This document shows, piece by piece, positions 1-7,701 of a stretch of DNA of 20,000 bases (within the stretch, counting starts at the first letter, position 1; every line of letters starts with the position of its first letter). The stretch is taken from contig WELA01003517.1 of assembly GCA_009602735.1 (NCBI GenBank), positions 63,454 through 83,453 of the forward strand, read 5' to 3'. The notes below the pieces were generated by a model. It saw nothing but the letters and a program-made list of their open reading frames with translations, did no database searches and was not told the origin of the DNA. This stretch comes from Mesotaenium endlicherianum (Eukaryota). The position numbers and the translations under genes were made by a program.

Positions 1-101
1 GCATCACCTGCTTGGGCTCCAGCTTCCAGTCTCTGCAGATCGTCTCCAACGCCTTCCCGCTGCTCACCTTGCACGACGCCGCACGCCCATCACGGGTGGC
101 C
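1..101 (-). CDS. Exon 3 (partial, runs off window) of HAD-like protein (...GKALETICRDWKLEPKQVM)
   Basis: Acceptor ACAG|G at 102/101 is phase-compatible with exon 2. 'LETICRDWKLEPKQVM' matches the HAD helix-loop that precedes motif IV. The exact acceptor is uncertain (alternative CAG at 112-110). Confidence 0.65.
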
Positions 102-167
102 CTGTCAGTCTGCAGATCCAACACACATGCGAGTGCTACTCACGCTGCTACATCTCCCTCTCTCTAT

Positions 168-325
168 GTACGCATGCGTGCGCATGCGCATGCGCATGTG
201 CGTGTGCGTATGCGTGTGCGTGTGCGTGGGCATTGTGTGAGAGTGCGTGCGTGTGTCAGAGTGCGTGTGTGTGTCAGAGTGCGTGTCTGCGCGTGCGAGC
301 CTGTCTAGCTGTGTGCGTGTGCGTG
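168..325. repeat. Intronic (GT/GC)n alternating purine-pyrimidine microsatellite
   Basis: GCGTGT/GTGT runs, which explain the spurious Cys/Val and His/Thr ORFs. Confidence 0.9.
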
Positions 326-783
326 TCTTTGTGCACATGGGAATGTCATCAGAGTCCCAGTCACACGTATTGTGACACACTGCAGAGCTCCCTCACAGCA
401 ACAGCTCCTCATTCACAACCTGAAGTGCTAGCGGCACACGAGCCCACACACAACACACAACAACACCTTCTTAATGCCCACCGCCAAAAGCACCTGTTGA
501 CTCAACCCCCCTCTCCCATCCATCACCAGCATCGTCCGCAGGCGTCAGGCGCGATCCCATTGGCACCAGCCCAGCAAGTTCGACCCCTCAACCCTAACCT
601 GAACCTTAAAACCCTCATTCTGAACCTCAGCCCTGATACAAATACCATAAACCCGACAGCCTACAAACTCACCCCCCGGCGCCCTCTACGAAAGCAGTTG
701 CCAAGCACAGGCCGAGCTGAGACGGTGCTCCAGCCAGCCCCAGGTTGAGGGCGATCAGCGATTGGCAATCGGCGGCAGCCCAC

Positions 784-938
784 CTGAGGGGCTTCTCCGC
801 ATATGCGGGGGAGGCGGAGGAGGCGGCGCCAGCACGGAGCAGGGTGGGATCGAAGGGGAAAGCGCCCAGCTGGTCGAGCAGCAGCGCCACGTCATCGGGC
901 GGGCCCTCGGCCAGCAGGCCCTGCGAGAGACGCCTCTC
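784..938 (-). CDS. Exon 2 of HAD-like protein ([34 protein letters not shown]...EKPL)
   Basis: Acceptor GCAG|GAG at 939/938 is phase 0 and matches exon 1. Donor AG|GTGGGC at 784/783 is phase 2. The translation aligns with the HAD motif II region and following helix. Confidence 0.7.
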
Positions 939-1094
939 CTGCGGCGCCCAGCAGCCCCATCACACCCCCCCGGGCGGCAGCAGCAGCAGCAGCAGCAGCA
1001 GCGCAGCTCCTTAAGGCGTATTTGTGAGCTATGCTTCACCAGTCAACCAATCACACGGCCACGGGAAAAACGAGCAGCACACTCGGACAAGCAG

Positions 1095-1345
1095 GTGTAT
1101 GCGTGTGTGTGTGTGCGTGTGTGCGTGTGTGGGCGTTTATGTTTGTGTGTGCGCGCGCGCGTGCGAGTGTGTATATGCGTGTGCATGCAGCTATCCATCT
1201 GTGTGTGTACGTGTGTGTACGTGTGTGCCTGCGTGTGCGTGCATGCATGCATGCGCGCGTGTATGTGTGTGCGTGTGTGTTATGTGTTTGTATGTAAATG
1301 TATGTGCATGCGTGCGTGCGTGCGTGCATGCGTGTGGGCGCGTAC
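1095..1345. repeat. Intronic (GT/GC/AT)n alternating purine-pyrimidine microsatellite
   Basis: About 250 bp of near-continuous RY alternation. Confidence 0.9.
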
Positions 1346-1967
1346 GTCAGCTCTGTTGCAGTTTGCACTTATTCTGCATGCTTTAGGGGCAGAGGGGGAC
1401 AGGAGCAAGCAAAGAGCGCAGGCAGCTTCCCTCTAGGCACATGAGGAACGCGAAGCTCCTCCTGCCAGGACAGCATGGGATCAGACGAGATGGAAGTGGA
1501 AGGGTAGAACACCACGCCCCAACCTCGCATGACCTGCATGCGGGGGGGGGATGCTGTACCTCTACTTGGACGCAAGCAGCTTCCTCCCCCAATCTCAATC
1601 CCACCTCATAGGAGTGCATGATCATGCCGTGCTGATTGATCCACGCACACATTTGTCGGCAGCACACTTTTACTTCCATGCATGCAAAGTGCCTGGTATG
1701 CAACCACGTCTCCCCGCGCCCCAACAGGACAGCAGAAAAAAAGTCTGCTCGCAACAGACCTACACTATGCTGCGGCTCAAATCGCGGTTGTGGAAAACAT
1801 AACCACGCAAGGATGAGGACGCTGTGCGGGACTTCTCCATCTCTTCCCACTCAAATTTTCCACGCAGAATTTGCACAAAAATGTTCATCTGCGTGATTGT
1901 AGAGTACAAACATATGGAGCATATGGAGCATGCGCTGACACGCTCGGCCCCGCCACTCACACACAAC

Positions 1968-3209
1968 CTGGAAGTAGCGCAGGAGTCCGGCAGAGCCGGG
2001 CATGGCGATCCAGTCCTTGGCGTCCGCCGCCGCCACTGAGCCAATCGCAGGCCGGCGTCGCATGCCCGAGAGGGCCGCTCCCCCCCCCTCGGCAACGCCA
2101 AAGCGCGCCTGCTCCCGGCGCGTCTCCGCCATCACACGCTTCTCCCTCAGCCGCGCCGCGTACTTGGCCCGCACACCGCCACCTGTCCCCCCCCCCAGCA
2201 GCTCCTCCAGCTCCCTCTCCTTGCTCACGGCCCCGCTGCTCCCCCTCGCCCCAGTGGCGTCCCCGCCTGCACCTCCCCCACCTGCTCCCGCGCCTGCGCT
2301 TCTGCCTGCAGAGGCGCCTGCGGCGGCGCCGCCGGCCCCCGGCCTGGCCGAGGAGGGGAGTGCGCCAGGTGGCAGCCGCTCCTCCACCCTCCCGGTAACG
2401 CTGGGGAGCAGGCTGCCAAGGCCGAGCTGGTCAGTGAGCTCGTCGATTGAGATCCCCTGGGTGGTGCGTGCGACGGGTTTGCTGGCATCGTGGGCGGGCG
2501 GGGGAGTCACGCCCAGGCCCTCCCAGTGCTTTTTCACAAGCTCCAATACCTCCGCCTTTGCGGCAGCCTCCGGATCAGAGGGGGGGTCAGAGTCAGAGGC
2601 AGAGGCAGAGGCAGAGTCAGAGCCACCGCATCGCTGGCTGGCGTCTCCGCTGACAGCCGCGGCGCTGCCAGGTGGCAGGCCGGGAGTACCCTGCTCCAGG
2701 CCCAGCATGAGGGCGGACATGTCGTATATGATCCCCCGCACCAGAAAGCCAGGAGCTGCCGTCCGTCTGAGCTGCTGCTGCGCGTAGATCTGCTCCATGT
2801 TGGCGTATGCTCTCTTCTGCTGCTTCCCCCTCGGCCAGCGCCCCAGCCGCCCCGACGACGCGGGAGGCGGGGGGGCGCCCAGGAGGTCCGCCAGCAGCTC
2901 CCTGAAAACGTCGCCCAGCCCGGAGGCGGAGAACACGGACCAGTCGACGTCAAACATGCGCTCGCCACCCCCGCTGCTCGCGCTTGCTTCCTCGGCATGT
3001 TGCGAGGGGATCTGGGTGGCTGGATGATGGGCTGGTGCTCTTGTGGTGAGGCTGCTGCCTCTGAGCTCCCCCCCCTCTGCACCGGCGGAGTAAGGGTGAG
3101 AGGCACTGAAGCTGTTGGAGAGGGTAGGGATTGATTTGCACACGGTGCTCTGCAGGCACGAGCTTTGCAGACGTGGCTTGAAGAGGCCGCATCTCAGAAG
3201 CGTCTTCAT
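1968..3209 (-). CDS. Exon 1 of a HAD-superfamily (haloacid dehalogenase-like) protein with probable organellar transit peptide
   Basis: Long open frame from ATG 3209. Ser/Arg/Leu-rich N-terminus without acidic residues (transit-peptide-like). Motif-I-like 'VRGIIYDMSALM' and post-cap 'WIAMPGSAGLLRYFQ' resemble plant HAD proteins of the At2g33255 type. Phase-0 donor CAG|GTTGTG at 1968/1967. Confidence 0.7.
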
Positions 3210-4649
3210 AGCGCAAAGGCGTCGATGGTATCTCTGGAGGCGCGCACAAGCACTTCGGTGACTGCTCAGCTGGACAGTGTCCGCATCCCAATTTACAAGA
3301 AGCTAGGATCGACGTTAGGGAATAGGGCAACGCGAGAAGCTCCGCCGAATTTTTTTCGAGATGTCAGCTCAACGCTGACATCCCTTGAGACATAGAAAAC
3401 CAAAGTATGCGGACCCTCCCCTCAGTCGTGGCTGACAAAGTCAAAAAAAAGGAGATGAGCAATTTATAAAGATGAGCCATGTCACTATTCAACTGCGACT
3501 GGACGCAAGGCGTACCTCCACAGGAGCACAAATCGCTTGTGCTCTGCCTCGAGCGAGGCGGGAAGTAACTTTCTCAAGCACGACGCTCTAACATGAACAC
3601 TTTTTGCTGCGCTTCTAGTGAACAACGTTGGTGCTCGTCAATCATATCTGATGACTTGTGAAAGTGGTAAGCCCCCACGTAAGCGTGCAGCGAAAAGTTA
3701 TGATGCTGCTATGATGGTATAAATGTATTGGTCACTTGTGTTAACGCTAAAGTCGATTTTCGAATGAAATACTGCTGAACTGGAATGGAAATGAGGCAGC
3801 TGATTCGTACATGCGATTGACGGTCAACAAGAAGAAACGTTGACAAATGTTGAAAAATTATTGCACAAGCATCCATTATTAAACACCCATGTGAACACCG
3901 AACGATGTAGAATGATGGGGACAATCTCAAACGAACGATGAGCAGATGATAGATGGATATCCAACGATTCTGATTACTTTTCGTAATATGGAAGTTTACT
4001 GAATATACTATATGAGGGGCCTGTTTGGAGTGGCCAAACGAGTTTCGATATGTCATGAAACGTACGACGTCGTCCCAGCAAGTTACATCAGCCAATTGAA
4101 CACGAAATACTGTGAAATACGGTGCTCTTCTTTTTTGAACCCACAATCTCCGCTGTCATTTTTAAGTATTGCCACTGTAAGAATTTGAACTGAATCTAGT
4201 ACGTTGAAAAACGTTGAAGCATGTTGCAGACCCCTGGATTCATAACTTTTTGGGTGTTATTTGTGATATTGGATGTTCAAAAAACCAATCAAAACAAAAA
4301 GGATGTCAAATAAAATCCAGTTTGTTAAAAGCGGATGTCACATAAAACTCGGAAATTCTTGATTTAGATGCTAAAAAAATCCTTTCATCAAAGTTCGGAT
4401 GTTTTTTTACCAATAGGGTACGGGCCCTAAGGCTAGGGGCCAGAGCCTACGACTTGTCTGGTTAATCATTGCCAGTGGTCACTGGTCAGTGACCAGTCAT
4501 AACTCCTGGATCACCAACAAGAATTTTGAAGGAGCCCAAGCCCCTCACATTGCAAAGTTTGAATGCCATACAATGGCAACCCTGTAGATTGTCGCCCTTG
4601 TCGACTATAGTAGGTACAAGTTACTACCTGCAAGCTGGTGCAAACCCCC

Positions 4650-5073
4650 CACCTTTTAATTCATATTGTGGGGGGGATGAGAGATCCCCAGGGGTCCCGG
4701 AGGGCCCGAAGGGCAAAAAAGGCCTTGCCCAAAGGGCCCTCCGGGAAGCCTTAGCCTTGGCTGCCCCCGACCACAAAAGAAATATTTTTTCCGTAGGGCC
4801 TCCCGCCCCGGGCTGCCCCCCGAAGGGGGGCACGTCGCCCCCTGCCCAAAGGGCAAAAAAACTCTACGGGCCCAAAGGGATGTCGGGGAAGGAGAACAAA
4901 AGATTTCGTTCTCCTTAGGCCAAGGGCCCCTTCGGGACCCCCGACAAGAAAAATTAAAAGGTTTCCCGGAGGGGCCCTTTGGGCAGGGCCGGCATAGGGC
5001 GGGAAGCTCTAAGGCTCTGGATTTTTACTCCCATCCCCCCGCCCTCCCTCCCCACAATATAGATTAAGAGGTG
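4650..5073. mobile_element. 424-bp GC-rich TIR element with CAC termini (CACTA/CMC-like MITE)
   Basis: 24-bp TIRs CACCTTTTAATTCATATTGTGGGG vs reverse complement CACCTCTTAATCTATATTGTGGGG (21/24), flanked by CCC on both sides. Internal inverted repeat 4727-4752 vs 4958-4984. Confidence 0.7.
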
Positions 5074-5192
5074 CCCTCTACTACAATTTTTCAAGGAAAA
5101 AACTTTTTCTTACTAGACTTAAACTGAGACTTAAATTGAGCCTAAAACTAAGATCAAAAATGAGCATGGACCGAGAGTAAGTGCCAGACTAA

Positions 5193-5706
5193 GTGCCTGT
5201 TTACGCTAGGACATTTTGGTGCAATATTATCGAACCAAACATAAGTCACAGTACTTGAATGTATGTTTAAAAAGGACGCGTTTTAGAGTTGTTTACAGTG
5301 GTTTCTATGTGATGGTTTTGATATTTAAATTTTGAACGAGATAGTGAGTTTGTTCAATAGTTACCAACTCTTTAATCCCCCTTAAGGAGAGATAAACAGA
5401 AACTCTTGGAAGCTATTCAACCTCAATTTAATACAAGCACCTCCCGTTTTTTTCTCAAATTATCTCCATGTGTACTCAAAATTTATATGGAGATAGCATA
5501 TTTTCATTGTTTTTTTGCAAACTCTGCTTGTACCATTCGCACGAGATTGCAAAGAGGGATATTGACAAAACTCTTGGAGAAATATCATCGTCATTCACTG
5601 TAAACCAAAACCGTTATTCAATAATACCCCATGTTTGAGAACATTGTTGGCATTTCCATCGACAATGTTTTTGATACCGCAATCGCCGTCGTTTAGTTAT
5701 TGACCC
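5193..5706. mobile_element. Tourist/PIF-Harbinger-like MITE, copy A (514 bp, right TIR mostly deleted)
   Basis: TAA followed by left TIR GTGCCTGTTTAC. Collinear diverged similarity to 5710-6267 along its length (CATTTTGGTGCAA, GAACCAAA, AAGCTATTCAACC, ATTCACTGTAAA, CGCAATC). Ends ...ACCC-TAA. Confidence 0.75.
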
Positions 5707-5709
5707 TAA

Positions 5710-6267
5710 GGGCCTCTTTACAGTGGGCCATTTTGGTGCAACATTGTTGAACCAAAAGTACGTCACTCTACTAGAATGTACGTCGAGATAAATGACACGT
5801 TTTAGGGTAGTTTAAAGTGCTTTTTACGCAAAGATTTCGATATCGGAATATACATTAGTTTTGAACAAATAGTTGAGTTCGTTCAAAAATTTCCAGCGTA
5901 TGAATTCACCTCATGGAGGTGAATTGAAAGTCTTGCAAGCTATTCAACCAGAATCCACGACGAGTTCCTTCATTTTTTTGTGTCAAAACAACTGCAGGTG
6001 TATTAAACGTTTGTGTGATGATAGTTGCTAAGCTTTGTGATTACACAACCTCAAAATCAGGTGACCATTTGCGCAAGATCGAGGAAAGGGTACTTAACAA
6101 AAGCTCTTTGTAACTGGCGACGTAATTTGATCGTGATTCACTGTAAATCAAACTTTTTTTGATCAAACTCATATTTTCAAACATTTTCGGCAATTTGTTT
6201 GAGGATGCTTTCAATGTCGCAATCACCGTTGTCAAATATTATTGCTCTATCCATGGTAAACAGGCCC
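5710..6267. mobile_element. Tourist/PIF-Harbinger-like MITE, copy B (558 bp)
   Basis: TIRs GGGCCTCTTTAC / GTAAACAGGCCC (11/12), TAA on both sides (5707-5709 and 6268-6270), AT-rich interior. Confidence 0.85.
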
Positions 6268-6429
6268 TAAAATTGAGACTGAAACTAACGAACAAGGGAG
6301 AAGCATGAAGGACCCTCATTGTACTCGATAATATATTGTTAGATGCATTAGCGTTGAAAACCTTAAATATGCACTACTAGCCTCTCACATTATTCGTCAC
6401 ATGTGATGATTGCCACTTTATAGGCATTT

Positions 6430-6932
6430 TGTAGTGAAACAGATAGATAAAGTACTTAGTAAAACAGAATACTTTATCTATTCAAGACAAGGATCTTTGA
6501 ACACAAGTGGTAGCTTCTCGAAAGAGAGATGGCTTCTTGAAAGTTAATATATTTCTGGATTTTGGCAAGTGCAAGAGTGATTCTGGAATGTCTTTCTATG
6601 TTCTAGCTCTTGTTTATATACTTGCTACATAAGTAATTTCTAGGAAGGTGTATGTTGATGTGTTGGCACCCAACACATCCCAAAACTTGCCACCTCTTTC
6701 TAGAATAATGTACACATGTCCTTTTGACCTAAAAATGGCACATTTGACTTTTGCCACATGGAGTTCTTCTAGGTCTTTCCTCTAACTTCGAAAATGCCTT
6801 GGAAGGTTCAAAGGACATGAACCAAGTTACTAGAGTACCTATTCACACTTGACTCCACACAATACTACTCCAAATATATTTGAAAACATTAAAATATATG
6901 CAAACTAATATATAATAACTCAAATCACTACA
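6430..6932 (-). repeat. 3' LTR (503 bp)
   Basis: Differs from the 5' LTR at 5 positions by manual comparison (6519, 6571, 6647, 6863, 6881), with no indels. Confidence 0.97.
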
Positions 6933-6942
6933 TCACCCCCCC
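6933..6942 (-). promoter_or_regulatory. Polypurine tract
   Basis: Minus strand ...TTTTTCTATC-GGGGGGGTGA immediately precedes the 3' LTR. Confidence 0.85.
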
Positions 6943-6969
6943 GATAGAAAAAGCGACGTCTCGGCGCGT

Positions 6970-7098
6970 CAAGTCAGGTCTTACACATGTGGAGCAAACT
7001 AGTCAACAGTTTCAAGTCAGATGCCACACATGTGAAGAGGACTAGTCAAAGGCGCCAAGTCAGGTGCTACACATGTAAGGTAGACTAGGCAAGGTCGT
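6970..7098. repeat. Three tandem 43-bp modular repeats in the retrotransposon 3' UTR
   Basis: Units start at 6970, 7013 and 7056: CAAGTCAG-N5-ACACATGT-N7-ACTAG(T/G)CAA-N6. Confidence 0.9.
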
Positions 7099-7701
7099 AG
7101 GTGGTGTGACCTTATTGGCTAGCCTACTCCTTAATGATAAAGAAAATTGTACAAGTTGGCCCAGAATCTGCCACGAACTCAAAAATTCATAGCGGCCACA
7201 GAACTGCTCCAAATCTGAAAATTCGAGTGCCAGACGGACCGCGTCGGAGAACTCTACCGGGTCACCAAATTTGAGAGCATTCTCATTTCTGGAGTGTCGT
7301 TGAGAGCTGAGAGAGTAGGCACTCCTCCAAATCTGTGCAGAAACTTCTGAAAATCATAAGTCCTTCTATACTTCTCCAAATTCTGCAAACTAAGTCTCAA
7401 ACTGGGCGCTGTAAGATGTTCTACCAGAGTCTTGAGTTTCAGAGCATTCCAAGTTCAGGGGAGGGCACAATGTCAGAAGGCATATTCTGCCCTAACAATG
7501 CCAGCAGCCTGACCCCCTTCTACTTAGAGCATCATATCTCTCTCACCAGTGCTCCAAATTGAGCAAACTTGGACTCTAAATGACCGGCTACTCATGGACT
7601 ACAGCCAGGTAAATTTTCAGAATTTATTATGCAGAGACCTATTACCAGTAGCAGTTTTAGTTTTCTGTCCAGAAACTGCGAGAAGAGAAGAGTGTCTAAT
7701 G

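Noticed and set aside
586..615. Telomere-like AACCCT variants
   Set aside because: Short, degenerate and intronic, with no run of exact telomere units.
12..1436. Many Cys/Val- or His/Thr-rich ORFs
   Set aside because: They are translations of GT/CA microsatellites within introns.
1369..1533. Possible extra HAD-gene exon on minus strand (GCAG|GTC ATG CGA GGT TGG...)
   Set aside because: The acceptor is phase-compatible but there is no good donor, and joining 1968 directly to 938 gives a continuous HAD-like alignment.
1871..3134. Long plus-strand ORFs (175, 261 and 214 aa)
   Set aside because: They are antisense shadows of a GC-rich exon, with low complexity and no recognisable motifs.
3648..3696. 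CTGATGA...GAAA resembling a hammerhead ribozyme core
   Set aside because: No stem II can form between CUGAUGA and either GAAA, and I found no stems I/III.
3709..4146. 145-aa minus-strand ORF in AT-rich intergenic DNA
   Set aside because: Non-ATG start, no recognisable motif, and codon usage unlike the GC-rich host exons.
4016..4234. Harbinger-like TIR GGGGCCTGTTTGG possibly pairing with CAGACCCC at 4227-4234
   Set aside because: Only 7/8 match with no clean TSD, and 4227 is better explained as the left end pairing with 14531.
4526..4918. 130-aa Pro/Gly/Lys-rich ORF
   Set aside because: It crosses the boundary of the hairpin element, and its composition reflects the CCCAAAGGG repeats.
6970..7098. 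CRISPR-like appearance of the 43-bp array
   Set aside because: Variable parts are only 5-7 nt and interleaved within each unit, there are no cas genes, and the context is a eukaryotic retrotransposon.
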